In this document: positions 36,454 to 50,084 of the stretch, in pieces
How positions within the stretch are numbered: position 1 is the stretch's first letter
How the letters are laid out: each line of letters starts with the position of its first letter
Assembly: GCF_964188315.1 (NCBI RefSeq)
Contig: NC_135656.1
Span: 96,348,001-96,412,000, forward strand
Source: Podarcis muralis
Taxonomy: Eukaryota
Direction of reading: 5' to 3'
Length of the DNA stretch: 64,000 nucleotides
Made by a program: the position numbers and the translations under genes
Notes under the pieces: model-generated
What the model saw: only the letters and a program-made list of their open reading frames with translations
Database searches by the model: none
What the model was told of the DNA's origin: nothing

Positions 36454-36654
36454 GAGTGGTACCTCGGGTTACAGACGCTTCAGGTTACAGACTCCACTAA
36501 CCCAGAAATACTACCTTGGGTTAAGAACTTTGCTTCAGGATGAGAACAGAAATCGTGCGGCGGCGGCGCAAGGCCCCATTAGCTAAAGTGGTACCTCAGG
36601 TTAAGAACAGTTTCAGGTTAAGAACGGACCTCCAGAACAAATTAAGTTCCACTG
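36454..36654. mobile_element. Tc1/mariner MITE (family B, reverse orientation, subterminal deletion)
   Basis: Reverse complement of family B; about 14 bp missing inside the right TIR (ATTAAGTTC|CACTG). Confidence 0.85.
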
Positions 36655-37344
36655 TATCTGTCCACAGCCATTGACTGAACCCAAGAACGTAAGCAGTGAT
36701 CTGCTGGATCAGGCCATTGGCCTCTCTAGTTCAGCATTCCGTTTTCACAGTGGCCAGCTAGATTCCGATGGGAAACCCGCAAAAGCAGGGCCTGGGTGCA
36801 ACAGCATTTTCCCCACTTGCCTTCTCCAACAACTGCTATTCAAAGGCATGCTCCCTCTGACAGTAGAGGTAGAATATGTTGGAAATCAAGCCTCTATCGA
36901 GAGAAGCTGGCAACTCTCCCAGGCACCCGGCTTGGTCTCCGGTGACCTCCCTGGCTGCATTCCCCAGCAAGCTCAGGCTAGGTCTCGATAGGCGACACTT
37001 CCCAGCGTGGGAAGAGCACACCCACTCCCTCCTGCTCCCCCGGCAGGGAAAGGAGATAGCCAGAAATGGTGCATTTACATCCCTTTATTTCTGACTCTTC
37101 AGCATTACAGAAAACGTTTCTGTACTCTTCAAACTCCAGCAATCAAGTGACAAAGACTTCCTGTACATACGCAAGAGGAAGGTCTCATATTACACTCTTC
37201 ACAAAGACTTATCCAGCCTGTGAACTTCCGGGAATTTACTTTCCCACAGCTAGCCACATCACATGGTGTCAACAAGCTAGCTGTCTGCAGCTGCGATGAG
37301 CTCATATGCTGACAGAATATAGTCATCTGGGCTATCAGCCGTTA

Positions 37345-37720
37345 ATAACCTTATCCGTCTTGAATTTTTCTAATATTCTTGCTCCAACTCCTTGATCATT
37401 TTGGTTGCTCTCTGAACTTTTTCAAGCTCTACAATATCCTTTTCGAGGTAAGGCAACCAGAACGGTACGCAGTACTCCAGGCATAGGCAAACTTGGCCCT
37501 CCAGATGTTTTGGGACTACAATTCCCATCATTCCTGACCACTAGTCCTGTTAGCTAGGGATGATGGGAGTTGTAGTCCCAAAACATCTGGAGGGCCGAGT
37601 TTCCCTGTGCCTGCAGTACTCCAAGCCATAGTTTTATATAACAGTACTATGATAAATGGGTGGTTTTATTTTCCATCCCCCTTCCCAATGAACTCTAGTG
37701 TCAACTTTGCCTTTTCAGCA
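37345..37720 (-). mobile_element. CR1 fragment with nested MITE
   Basis: Antisense of LEYC.PFWLPYL.KDIVELEK region, split at CAGTACTC. Confidence 0.75.
37478..37613. mobile_element. Hairpin hAT-type MITE
   Basis: Same family as 23899; perfect TSD CAGTACTC. Confidence 0.95.
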
Positions 37721-38524
37721 ACGGTTTAAAATTACCAATTGTTCAGCAACAGCAAATAAATTTTTGTGTCCCGTACCTGTACCCCCCGCTATTAAAAATG
37801 CTGGTTTACTGTGGCAGAATGAACAGCTCCACACCCTGGCATGCATGAATTTGCTCCCCACCCGCTTCATAATTTGAATTCTTCCATACCAGATCTATGA
37901 AATCAAAATTATAAGTCAAAGGTCTAAATGTTTCTGGCATGCTAAAAGAAATGGGGGTTGGAATGGGGAAGGTGCCTTCAAGAGGAATGCATGACTCACA
38001 CCAAGCAAACTACTCCAAAGGGCTGATCTTCTCGAATTGAGAAATTTGTACCCGGTTTCTAATGCAATACTCACATCTGAAATCATTATCTTGAGCCTGC
38101 AGCACGTAAACAAGACTATCATTGGAATGCCTACTTATTACTGATATTCCAACTCAGAGAGGAATCGATCTGGGTGGCCCATTGGCTCTCTTGTTATGCA
38201 AAAGTCTGTATACAAATCCTATTCCCTCCAGATTATGGGACAATTAAGTTTGAGCCTCTGAAGGCTGAAAATGATTTTTAAAAACTATTAATATTAATGT
38301 TTGCCAATGATGCTGTCTAGGTTTTGTTTTTTTCTGTCACATTGAAAATGCAACCAGAAACAGGCAAGACCAAATTAGGTTCAAGTCCTCAAATTCAGGA
38401 AACAAATTTCAGGTACATGGAAGAAGTCAGCCAACCTAAGCCATGTTAGGGGAAAACGCTATTTCAGTACCTAGCAACTTCTTTAAAAAGTAAACCAAGT
38501 ACATTTCCACAGGCTAAAAAACTG

Positions 38525-38525
<1 letters not shown>

Positions 38526-38565
<40 letters not shown>
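38526..38565. repeat. (AC)n microsatellite
   Basis: About 20 pure units. Confidence 0.95.
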
Positions 38566-38567
<2 letters not shown>

Positions 38568-38739
38568 CTATTGTTATTATCAACAAATTGTAACAGTAAA
38601 ACAGGCAGAGTACAAGGAAGATCCATCTGCATAGAATAAAAACGAACAAACGGTTCAGGGTTCACCATTGTCTTTCTTCATAGAGCACTGTTAAAACAAT
38701 GCATAGTCTGGGCTTTTCTTCTTCTTTTTGCAATTTATA

Positions 38740-38961
38740 CAATCGCACCTTGGATCTCAAATGCCTTGGCTCCCAAACAAATCGGCTCCTGAACAATGGA
38801 AACCCGGAAGTGAGTGTTCCGGATTTTCAAACCATTTTCGGAAGCTGAACATCCAGTGTGGCTTCTGCAGCCAATCGGAAGCCGTGCCTGGGTTTTTGGA
38901 TGGTTCCGGGAGTTGAACGGACTCCTGGAACGCATTCTGTTCGACAACCAAGGTGCCACTG
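38740..38961. mobile_element. Tc1/mariner MITE (family D)
   Basis: TA|CAATCGCACCTTGG...CCAAGGTGCCACTG|TA; related to 13128-13363. Confidence 0.8.
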
Positions 38962-39990
38962 TATATCGCTTAAATTCACAATTGTCTCTAAGGAGTGTAT
39001 GAGAATCTCCATACAATGAAAATAAAAATCAGTTAAAATTAGGTTTTCAGTTAAAATGCATGCCATAATAAGAATAAAAATATTAAAATATTCCATAGTG
39101 ACCAGAAGTTCGACAGGGAGCAGCGAACTCCACCCCAGAAAGGCAAAACAAAATACACAAACTCGGATTCATCAGAGCATTCCCCATAAAGGCTCAGAAC
39201 ATTAGTCGAAAAGACTCCCAGACATGCAGTATAGACGTAATGATGAACAAGGTGGATGCATCCATACATAAAACCACAGGCCTACAAATAGCTGTGTTAC
39301 TATTACTTAGCCCAATGCAAAATCCAGCTTGTGGTGTTGGGAGATTTAGAAGAATGAAAACTCAGGTTCTGAAAACTTTTAAAAAACTAGTAGTTTTTTT
39401 TAAAAAAAACTAGTAATTTGGAGTGGGGAGTTCACAAATTATGGCATGAGACATGAGAGGGCCTTGGAACCCTACTGAAGAAGCACCCACAGTTGAAGAA
39501 TGTGCAGGTTACAGTATTATAAAATGAGTTTCATTTGCCATTCACCTAATCTAACCACTACAAAAAAGGCTGAACTAAAATTGGCCATAAGCGCATTAAT
39601 GCTTAAAATAAATATGCAAGACATGGGTTGCCCATGTGGCAGAACATGTGCCATGAAGGACTTCTTCCCAGGTGCCCACGGCGTCCTCCTATCTCTCTAC
39701 AAAAATATATTTGGCTTGCAAAAAGCCTTCTATGGCAACCAACTACTGGTGAGCTGTAGCGAATTACTAGTGAAGTAGGGAGAGTGTGTGTGTGCATCTG
39801 TGTTTATATGGTGCCCAAAACAGCTTCCTCAGTTTGCAAATGTACCCACAGGCCCAAAAATTTGGCAACCCCAATTCGAGATTTAATTTGATCCTATGCA
39901 AAGATAGCATTATTCTATCAATGGGCTCACCAAAAGGGTATCATTTGTGTTTGTCTGCTCAGTCATTTAACATGGACACACATGCACATA

Positions 39991-40216
39991 CAGTGGTACC
40001 TCTGGTTACGTACTTAATTCGTTCCAGCGGTCCGTTCTTAACCTGAAACTGTTCTTAACCTGAAGCACCACTTTAGCTAATGGGGCCTCCCGCTGCCGCC
40101 GCGCCGTCGGAGCACGATTTCTGTTCTCAAATTGAAGCAAAGTTCTTAACCTGAAGTACTATTTCTGGGTTAGCGGAGTCTGTAACCTGAAGCGTATGTA
40201 ACCCGAGGTACCACTG
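39991..40216. mobile_element. Tc1/mariner MITE (family B)
   Basis: TA|CAGTGGTACCTC...GAGGTACCACTG|TA. Confidence 0.95.
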
Positions 40217-40470
40217 TACACGTTTCTCCTTTTCACACACAGCTTAGGCTTTATTGCCGATATGGCGCTTTCTCGCTGATGAAGTTCCAGATTCAAGCCA
40301 CTGAGGTAACAGCAAACAAGTTCTATAGCAAAGAGTTTCCGTAGGATATTGCTTTGTGCCAGAAGAGTTGGGAGGGAGGGTCAACGCCAGTTAACATGTG
40401 TTTTTAGCAAGAAGTACGAGAACAGGAACAAATTTATTATTTCAAAGAACTGCAGCAACTTAATTTCCAG

Positions 40471-40540
40471 ATGGGCAGCCTTTTTAGTCTGCTGTAGCGA
40501 ATGCAACAAAGATTCTTGTGGCACCTTAAAGACTAGTTAG
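40471..40540 (-). mobile_element. Short Penelope-like terminal fragment
   Basis: TAGTCTGCTGTAGC...GTGGCACCTTAAAGACTA resembles the reverse complement of the 51165-51240 tail. Confidence 0.5.
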
Positions 40541-40544
40541 GATA

Positions 40545-40638
40545 GCTCAGTCTTAAATCTCAGGGTCAAGGGTTCAAGCCCCACATTGCATTGCAGGGTT
40601 TGGACCAAATGACCCTTCCAACTCTATGATTCTATGAC
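40545..40638 (+). mobile_element. Short SINE with tRNA head and CR1-like tail
   Basis: TAGCTCAGT..CTTAAATCTCAGGGTCAAGGGTTCAAGCCCC head; CCTTCCAACTCTATGATTCTATGA tail. Confidence 0.65.
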
Positions 40639-41108
40639 CTAAGCCTTAGTAGACCAGAGGAAATTTCCCATCTAACGAAGTAGCCTTAAATACATGAAAT
40701 GAATGAAATCAAGCCCACTGGTTTCAACAGATCTGCTCCAAGTATTATTTAGCTGGAGGTCACCCCTTGTCTTTACGCTGTCATAAGACACTGATGCTTT
40801 TGCTGCAACAACTTAAGGCAGTGAACAGGAAGAAAAGGCTGCTGTTCCTAATCTTGCCAGTAAGTGTAGCTGTTTGACAGGGGAGAAGATACAAATGAAG
40901 GACGTTCTTTAAAAAAAATGTTTTAAAAGAAACAGCATAAGTTTCAGAGTTCTCTGTTGTACCAGCCACCATGCACACAGGGCCAGTTATTTGTCTGCTC
41001 ATATTTATTGCAGATTCAACAGAACATACGTAAGAGAAACTGTGTGACAAAGCAGAAAGGGTATTATTACTAAGGGCAGAGCAGCTATACATAAATATAG
41101 TACCGGTA

Positions 41109-41441
41109 AATAATAATAACAACAACAAATTTTATTGTTTATACCCTGCCCATCCAGATGGGTTTCCCAGCCACTCTGGGCAACTTCCAGCAAAATACAC
41201 AAAATAATAAAATGTCAGGCATTAAAAACTTCCCTAAACAGGGCTTCTAAAAGTCAGATAGTTGTTTATTTCCTTGACATCTGATGGGAGGGCGTTCCAC
41301 AGGGTGGGCGCCACTACCGAGAAGGCCCTCTGCCTGGTCCCCTGTAACTTCACTTCTCACAGTGAGGGAACTGCCAGAAGACCCTCAGAACTGGACCTCA
41401 GTGTCCGGGCAGAATGATGGAGGCAGAGACACTCCTTCAGG
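41109..41441 (-). mobile_element. L2 LINE 3' end
   Basis: Reverse complement of the 29128 copy, including tail. Confidence 0.9.
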
Positions 41442-42047
41442 GAGCGTCTTAATGGCCCCTGCTGTGAAGTCCAAAACACGGTGCAGAAAAATACACATTT
41501 TGCATACCCACACACACACTTCTCTACCAGTTGTGTGAGATGAAATCTACAACATCAGTAAGCAAATCAGACAGTGAAAACATATTGTGCAACATGTTCT
41601 GAGCAAAATTGTGTGGTTTTTCCATCTTCTGAATGTTCAATGCCGTGACGCTCCTCAAAGGACCAATGCAATAAAATAAAATAAAATAAAATACAGTTCC
41701 AATCTGAATCAGAATGTAGTGTAAGCATTGTAAGAGTGGGGCTTCCTTTCTGTAGCCCCAAAAGTGCAGATAGTCTCACATCCACCATAAAGATCGATAT
41801 TTTTTTACAGCAATATATATTTTACAAAAGGCCACATCTGTATATCTATCATGGAGATGAGCAAGACACCCTTAACTTCATGACTTAGTCATGCAATTCT
41901 AGACAGGGCTGGGACAGGTCGTTCAGAGGGCTCTGTGGAGAGTATGTAAAAAGGAATTTAGCCTCAGCTGTATCAAAGTCAGGAATTTCACTGCCGCCTT
42001 TCTCTCAAAGCTTGGGAAATTGTGGACAAAGGTTCGTTCAGAGACTG

Positions 42048-42180
42048 NNNNNNNNNNNNNNNNNNNNNNNNNNNNNNNNNNNNNNNNNNNNNNNNNNNNN
42101 NNNNNNNNNNNNNNNNNNNNNNNNNNNNNNNNNNNNNNNNNNNNNNNNNNNNNNNNNNNNNNNNNNNNNNNNNNNNNNNN
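42048..42180. other. Assembly gap
   Basis: N run. Confidence 1.
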
Positions 42181-43629
42181 TCTGCATAGCCCCATCCAAG
42201 CTGTCATATTTAGTGGTCTGGATGAGAAGTTTAACAAAAGATTCAACGTTAGTGTGTGCTATGTTTTGGCATGAAAATTGAAACTCTGCCCCAATAAATA
42301 CTAGGACATTAGCATTCTGGTCAAAGGAGTAGTGCATTTTGGTCACTGTACAAAAGTTTCCAGCCAAAGCAACCAACCCGAGAGACATTAGGTTGGGTAT
42401 TTGGATATGGCTTCCCACAATCCCAGCATAGGTACAATACCAATAATCCTCTGCACTTAAGCAAATACCCACCATCACTTAAAGGAAAGCAATCTCAATG
42501 GATTGTCCTTCCCCACCCCTTGGGGGGGGGGGGACTGTCTTCCTTGGCACCAAACACTTTGCTGGAAGATTCACAGGGACAATTGAATATTCGTTTTTGT
42601 GTGTGTGTGCGTGCCTCAGCCATGAGGGGAGAGAAAACCTGGATCTGTGGGATACTGAGCCTAACACAACAGGCAGCTGTGGGGCAGAGAGAGGATCAGA
42701 TTTCCAGAATCAGCCTATATGACCCACCTTTAGCAAACAGTGTGTCACTCGTAAATACTGCAAGCCCTATTCTAAAAAATTATTCTTTTTAAAACTTCAG
42801 CTCTGAAAGCAAAGATGAAAAATAAGGACAGGAAACAGAGAACAGAGTACGGGGTGGGGAGAACCTGGAAGAACAGAGGAATCGCTACTTGCCAGCCATG
42901 TTGCCATTATCAGAGATTCTTAAGCACAGCTCCAGCAACCCTGGTGCAAAGGCATGCCTAAAATGTAAGTTGTATATTTTCACAATATGGTGCATACATT
43001 GCATGGCTGTGTTCAGTAAGGGGGACAACTAAAGTTTCCAAAACTTTGACAAGCTATTAAAAACAGGGTACAGGGCCATGACAGGAAACGCTAGGACCTA
43101 GGAAATGGCAAAAGTAGGATGAGACGATGAATATTTTTAATTAATTGATATACTGCTTATATGACAAAATGGCAGTTCACAACTCTAAAAACCAATACAT
43201 AATGGAAATATACAATAGCAAATCCATCGGGGCATTAAAACATACCTAATTAAAATCTATAATAAATATCAAACAGTAACACACATAGCACAACAACAAA
43301 ACCACAAGTTCCACTCAGGGCGACACTTGCTTAAACAGGTGTGCCTTTGGGACCCCAAAAAATGCCAGTGCTGATGAAGCCTCTCATATTTTAGCAGAGT
43401 GGAAACTCCACAACACGGGTGCCACCAGTAGAAAAGCCCACCTCCATGTTAATACAAGCTGGTAATCATCAGGCTGTGGCAAAGCTAACCAGCTGCAGCA
43501 AAAGAGAGGAGAGAAACGGACCGCTCCACCCAGTTTTAGCAAGAAGCCAGCTCCGGCAGGATTTTTGTCTCCCTCAGTTGTCATCCAGCAGCAGTAGCTG
43601 CCACTCCACCCTCACTCAACAGATGAAGA

Positions 43630-44235
43630 GGGGAGGTAGTGTGGTGTAGTGGTTAAGACTGTGGGAGCCCAGGGTTCAAATCCCCACTGGGTGACTTTGG
43701 GCCAGTCGCTGCCTCTCAGCCTAACCTTCCGTGCAGGGTTGTTTGTGGGGCTATAAATCCGGAAGGGGGAGAACCATGTAAAAAGGGAAGGTAAAGGACC
43801 CCTGGATGGTTAAGTCCAGTCAAATGTGACTATGGGGTTGCAGCGCTCATCTTGCTTTCAGGCCGAGGGAGCCGGTGTTTGTCGTCAGACAGCTTTCCGG
43901 GTCATGTGGCCAGCATTGCTTAACCCCTTCTGACACAATGGAACACTGTGACGGAAACCAGAGAGCACGGAAACGCCGTTTACCTTCCCGCAGCAGCGGT
44001 ACCTATTTATCTACTTGCACTGGCATGATTTCAAACTGCTAGGTAGGCAGGAGCTGGGACAGAGCAACGGGAGCTCACCCCGTTTTGCAGATTTGAACCG
44101 CCGACCTTCTGATCAGTAAGCCCAAGAGGCTTAGTGGTTTAGATGGCAGCGCCACCCGCATCCCTACAGAACCATGTATGCCACCTTGAGCTGGAAAGAG
44201 GGGATATAAATCCAGCAAATAAATGAATAAGTGAA
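43630..44235 (+). mobile_element. MIR-like SINE split by a Sauria SINE
   Basis: Head GTGTGGTGTAGTGGTTAAGA..GGGTTCAAATCCCCAC; body resumes at 44166. Confidence 0.75.
43781..44165 (-). mobile_element. Sauria SINE, full length
   Basis: Reverse complement of Sauria SINE; 11-bp TSD AGAACCATGTA (43770-43780 and 44168-44178). Confidence 0.95.
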
Positions 44236-47200
44236 GCAGGGCTGCTCAAGTGGCTCAGCTGAAAGATGGGCAACTTTCGACTCCTCCCTTCAAGTTTTTT
44301 CTGCTCCAGCTGGTCATTATAAGAACTTTATAACTAAGAATTAGTGCCTGAGCTTGCTTCCCCTCCCAATCCTCCTTCCCAATCCCTTTTCCTTTTGTGT
44401 CGTATCTTTTAGATTACAAAACTGAGCCCAGGGATTGTCTTGTTACCTATCTTTGTAAGATGCTCTGAGAGCCTGAGGATAGAAAAAAAAAAAAGGCTTT
44501 TAATAAATCCAAGTTAAGAAGAGCATGCAGTCAGGATGATACTGTTGAACAGAGGTGCCCCACTGTCTTATTATCACGTCTTAATAATTAACTTTTCTGT
44601 ATGGCTGATGTATTCCAGTAGCATAGCCCGATCTAGAAAAACGAAGCACAACACACCACAACAACCCACCAGCTTTAGGCACAAATCTTGCAATGTGCAT
44701 GAATTTGTGGCTGCACACCATTAACAGAGGCTGGGTTTCTCTTCCACCAGCAAAACAGATGCTGGTGAAATATTGGTTTCTATTGCTCGCAACCGAAGAG
44801 ATTTCTATCATCTGACATTCAGAGACCACTGTGGAAACCGTTGTAACCACAGCATTTACTGCCGTCCTTCCAGAGTTCTGCCAGAAAGATAGCAGCGCAA
44901 GACTACCCTTTATTTGCAAAAAAAAAAAAAAAAGGCAACAATATTTTTGTTCCCTGCTTCGTCAGTCCTCATGGCAACAGTCAGAAATACCCTTCAATAA
45001 CCCAGGCACATGTCAACAGCTTTGTTACATCTCCAGATTGAAATGTTTGGCATAACTGTGTTTCACAAGCCTCCAGGATGACTGCAAAATCTGGCAACGT
45101 CAAGTATATTTCCCTCGATTTCAAAACCAGCTTTGGAGGCACTGAAGATATTTTCCCCTCTGAAACTTTTAAGGATGTCTAAATTTAGAGAGGGACTTGG
45201 ACCACAGCTTTAATTCTCTCCTTTTCTGACACTACAGCACACAGAAATGAAGGCAGCAGAGCTATCATGACATAGCAAACCTGCCAACCCCCCGCCCCCG
45301 AATTGTGAGAAAGGTTCATGGGTGGATTATCAGAGGGTGGCAAGTTTTGCTATTGTTTATTCCTGAGAGATTCCTTGGGGGCTCTGGCTTTATCCCAATC
45401 CCAAGGTTTTACTTGCTGCAGTGGGGTCTGAAGAAGTATATTGGTAAATACCAGAAGGTGCTCAAATTGAAAAACAAAATGTGATGTCCAAAATGGCCGC
45501 TGGTATAAGGCAACCTTCCCCAACCTGGTGGCCTCCAGATGTTTTTAACTGCAACTCCCATCAGCCCCATCCACCATGGCCAATGGCCAGGGATGATGGA
45601 ATTTGTAGCACAACATTTGGAGGGCAACATGTTGCAATACTCTGGCATAACAAACATTATTTGACAAGTCATTCGTGTACCAGAGCACATCTTTGTTCTT
45701 TTTTCACAGCACAACTACAATTAGCATACAAATGTTTCAAGCACCATAGGTGCAAACGAAATGTACACCTGTGGCTACAGTACCTCCCTAACTCTAAGCT
45801 GCATTTGTTCTCAAAAGCTTATTTAATTCTACACAATTTAGATTCTGATTCCCCTTTGATTTCGTTCTATCTGTGGCAGCAGGCAAGTGAAAGATCTAAA
45901 TCTGGTAGGCACTCAATTTAAAAAGCATGTGTCCTTGCAGTTGCTAGTAAATGATGGAAGGTGTGGGAAGGAGTAAGGCTGGGCAAGATTTGCAGAAGTC
46001 AGAAGTGAGACATTAATACACTCTATTCTTTCTGGCATGGATACTCCTAGTGGTTCCTTTGCCACAGCCTTCTTTCTTTCCACTGTTTCTCTGCCATTCC
46101 AATTCTCAGTGGAAATTTTTTGATTGTTCTGAATCACAGATGCAGATGTGTTAAAAGATTTGCCCGCAAACGACTCCAACAGCAGTATTCTACTTCCTTT
46201 GGTTCCAAACTTCTGCTTTTGTTGGCGCAGGAACACCCACAACCCAGAGGGTTGTTTTTTTTTAAGGTCACTATTACAGATTATAAAACAAGGTGGGGTT
46301 GCGAAACATGCTCGGATGACCATTCAGTTCAACTGTATAATTGGGGAAGGACCCATCTGATGGAGAAAGCCATCGCATAGCAAATTGCAAGGTAGGGGAG
46401 AACTGAGCAAGGAACACTATTTTCAAAAGATAAAGCAGAAGACAGAAAAGGAATACATTTGGTAAGTGGATCCCAGATGGCTCAAACGCAGTACTATAAA
46501 AAGCAGCAGCATGCCCGGAGACCAGCTCTGTGCAGACTGGGCTCGACATAATATTTCAAATTCATAGAAGCCAGGAGGCACCGATCCTCTCTGAGACAGA
46601 TGCACATAAAATCTAGCACGAGCATTTTCCCTAAGCGAGTAGTTCGATCCCGGAAAAATCAGGGCAAGAAAGGGAAGAGAAGAATTGCAGCAGCAAGCGA
46701 AGCAACAGCAACAGCAACAACTCAGTGACCTGACGCAGAAGGTGAAGGCAGGTCGTGTAACACCATATTTGGCATTCTAACAGCACCATGAATGCAGCAG
46801 ACAGATGTGGCACAGGGATGAAAGGTCCATGCATTATCAAGTGTCTGCTACCGATGCACTGAGCTTCTGCTTCCAGTGCGGCATACTGGATTTAGACTGG
46901 ATAGAGATGGGGTCAAATTCTCAAACAGCCATGGGGTTCCATGGGGTGACCTTGAGAAAGACATTTTGTCTCGCATCTCCCTGACATGGTTATGGTTATA
47001 GAGATGGGGTCATAATTTAGTAGGGGAGCACACAATTTGCACAAGGTCTCAGATTCAGTCACTGCCATGGCCAGGCAAAAGGATTAAGTAGCAGTTGCCC
47101 AAGACCCTGGACAGCCATGGTTATTCGAAGTAGACACTAATGGGCTAGATGGACAAATGAGCATATCTGGTATAAGGCAGCTTCCTATACCCTTTCTCCA

Positions 47201-48601
47201 TTGTCTACGCCATGCACCCAACCTTCACTTCTCAAGTCTTTGAATTATAAAAGGGAACTGGCCAGCTGCAGACCCCTTTTCAGATTGATAGTTATATATA
47301 AACAAATAAGACAATGTACCAGATCCAATGTAGCTTCTCTCTTTGTGCCCTGACTGTCGTGAAACTCAGACTCATGTTCTTCCCCTTCCTCTCATTCATA
47401 TACCAGGAGGGAATTGGGAGCATCCACTCCTCTTTTAAACTAACCACAGTTCCCTGGAATATACTGAAATTCTGCAAATTGTTGTTTATTTAAGCTATAG
47501 TGCTAGAACAAGCCAGGAGCAAACCATGGTTTTAGATTACGGGTTGTTCTAAACTCACAGTTGAATCAAAGATGAACTGTTTAAGCTGCAGTTCCCCTGT
47601 TCCATCCAAAAATGGGAAACTGTGGTTTAAACACATCAGGATCGATGAAACAAAGTGTGCTGTAGGGTGTAGGGTCAAGCAAGTGCCAAGGCAGAGGTTA
47701 GCAAACTCAGTGCTTGCAGCCAACTTAATAAACTATTAAGCCAGGGACATTACGCCTGAACTGGAATGTTTGAACCTCTCCATTGAAATAGCCTCTCTTA
47801 GCCAAAGAAAATGCAAGATAGCATCACGGGCAGTAGCTAAAAATACTACTTGGACAAGTAGTAATAATTCTCGTCTTGCATGTAAAAGACCATATTAAGT
47901 GACAATGTTGGCAGGAGCTACCTAGACAAGCGCCAAATTGAAACAAATAGCCATAACAACTGTGAATGTAATGACTAATGCCAGTCCCAGAGGGGACAGT
48001 ATGAACATCTTTTCCCCAAAACAAGATTCTGTTTGCTCATTTACCAAAGAATTCCCCCCAAAGCATGTATTGAGTTCCCATCACCTGAAGTGAGACATTC
48101 TGAGTTGCAATGTAGTTTATGATGTAACTGCCCAACAGCAAAACCCACCAAGGCTGGATCGCAAGAAAGCTGTATATCAGTTTTCATACCCATGGAAAGA
48201 CTTTTGCATCGTTTCTTTAATTCATGGCGGGAGAACAGAATGTGAAACAGGTTGGCAAGGACCTGCCAACACATTAGAGTTATTTGAATGATTCATTAGC
48301 CTAGCTCTAAGGCGTTCCCTGTTCAAGGTCTAAATAAAAAAGCTATTTAAGAGCCAATTGAGGGGGGAAATTGAGGAGAACAGGTCAAAATTTGCGTAGC
48401 ATCTTCCATTAGACATGGAGCACTTGTCAATGCAGTTCCCACAACTGCAGAGAAAACTGCCCTCTCCTGCAGCACTGCTTCTGGTACACAGAAGAAAGAC
48501 CACAAGACTCACGTTAGCATGTTTCATCCTAGCAAAACTATGGTACAGCTGTGCTTTAGTGCTATTTACTTCTCATTAATTAGAGTTGTTTTTCTGGGCA
48601 G

Positions 48602-48707
48602 CTGGAAAGGAGGGGAGGAAAGACATCAGATATCCAGCAGAGGTTGGGATACGAGAAAAATCAGACCACATTATGAGGCTATCTAAAGGGAGAATTCTTG
48701 CTTCGAT
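48602..48707 (+). CDS. Possible internal exon, (x)GKEGRKDIRYPAEVGIREKSDHIMRLSKGRILAS
   Basis: Acceptor ttgtttttctgggcag, donor GAT|gtaagt; only one open frame (phase 1 to 2); product not recognised. Confidence 0.3.
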
Positions 48708-48777
48708 GTAAGTTCTAATAGCTCTGCCAATGCAGTTTCGAAATATATCAAAGCTAGAGCTGTACAACATACTAAAG

Positions 48778-48913
48778 CAGTGTTTCCCAACCTTGGGCCT
48801 CCAGCTGTTTTTGAACTACAATTCCCATCATCCCTGACCACTGGTCTTGCTAGCTAGGGATGATGGGAGTTGTAGTCCAAAAACAGCTGGAGGCCCAAGG
48901 TTGGGAAACACTG
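48778..48913. mobile_element. Hairpin hAT-type MITE
   Basis: Near-identical to 14723-14858; perfect TSD TACTAAAG. Confidence 0.95.
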
Positions 48914-49279
48914 TACTAAAGCACAGGTAGCCTCCAGCTGCAGGGACCTCCAGATGTTGTCGGACTCCAACTTCCATCAGCACCAGCCAATGGTCTGGAA
49001 TGATGGGAGTTGTAGGCCACCATTCACAACATGCATTTACAGCACTGAGATGCCACTTTAAGCAGACATTGCTTCCCCCAAATAAACGTGGGGGCTGTGG
49101 TGTGTTAAGGGTTCCGACAGTTGTTAGGAGACCTCTATTCCCCTCCTAGAGCCAAAACGGTATATATGAAACAGAAATGACCATTAAACACATGTGTACG
49201 AACAACATTAAAGAATAAAAATAGAACATTAAGTAAAATATCAGCAAACAACAGAACAGAGCACTGTGGTGAAACTTAC

Positions 49280-49401
49280 AAACAGCACGTGGGAGGATGA
49301 AACAGAGAGTGGGTGCCGCTACTGAGAAGCCCCCCTTCTAAGAAGGTGCAAGATGGCATCCTGCCAACTGTGGTATAGTCAGCAAGGCCTTACTGGGAGA
49401 C
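49280..49401 (-). other. Putative non-coding or 5'UTR exon
   Basis: Acceptor ctttccccattccctctctggttgatctctcag, donor TTT|gtaagt; stops in all three frames from the acceptor. Confidence 0.4.
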
Positions 49402-50084
49402 CTGAGAGATCAACCAGAGAGGGAATGGGGAAAGCTAGTCCCAAGTTGTTTAGGGCTTTATTATATGCCAGCAATAAACTCTTCAGCCACAAATTATCTT
49501 CAACCAACACAATTCTGGAGTGTGCAACATCATGATCTCTGTCCCACTGTGTTGAAACAATTTTTAGATTCAGATGTAATTGTTCTGGAGGAAAATGCAG
49601 ACAGTGACATAACATGCTAAGTATTTTGGCACCACCTGCTCAGAAGCATGAATAAGCAGACTTAACCGCCCCTAGTGGGCAGACAGCATATTGATATCAT
49701 GATGCCTTCAAACAAAATTTGAAATATTGGAATCAAGTTGACATAAATTTTTAGGGAGGGCTTTCAGCATGGGTGTAGCCAGGAATTTCATTAGGGGAGC
49801 AGTGCTTTTATTAGGGGGGGGGGCAGAACAGATGGGAGTGGTCAGTTAGTGAAGTATTTCTATGGTTTTAATTGATCTTGGGTGGGCAGCTGCCTCGCCT
49901 GTCGCCCCCTTGGCTATACCCATGGGCTTAACACAGATGAAAATCCGCAGTTGAAAAAGTCCTCTTCCCTTGCCATCATCCTCCAAGCCTCCCTCAGAGG
50001 TGGGACTTGGAGAAGGGCATCAGAAGAAGGGTAGGTTTGCGAGGGGCATTCCAGAAGATAATGGAGACCTGCACCACAAAGAAT

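Noticed and set aside
47760-48280. Long stop-poor plus-strand frame as an endogenous viral element or retrocopy
   Set aside because: Several stops remain and no viral or host motif was recognised; BLASTx would be needed to revive it.
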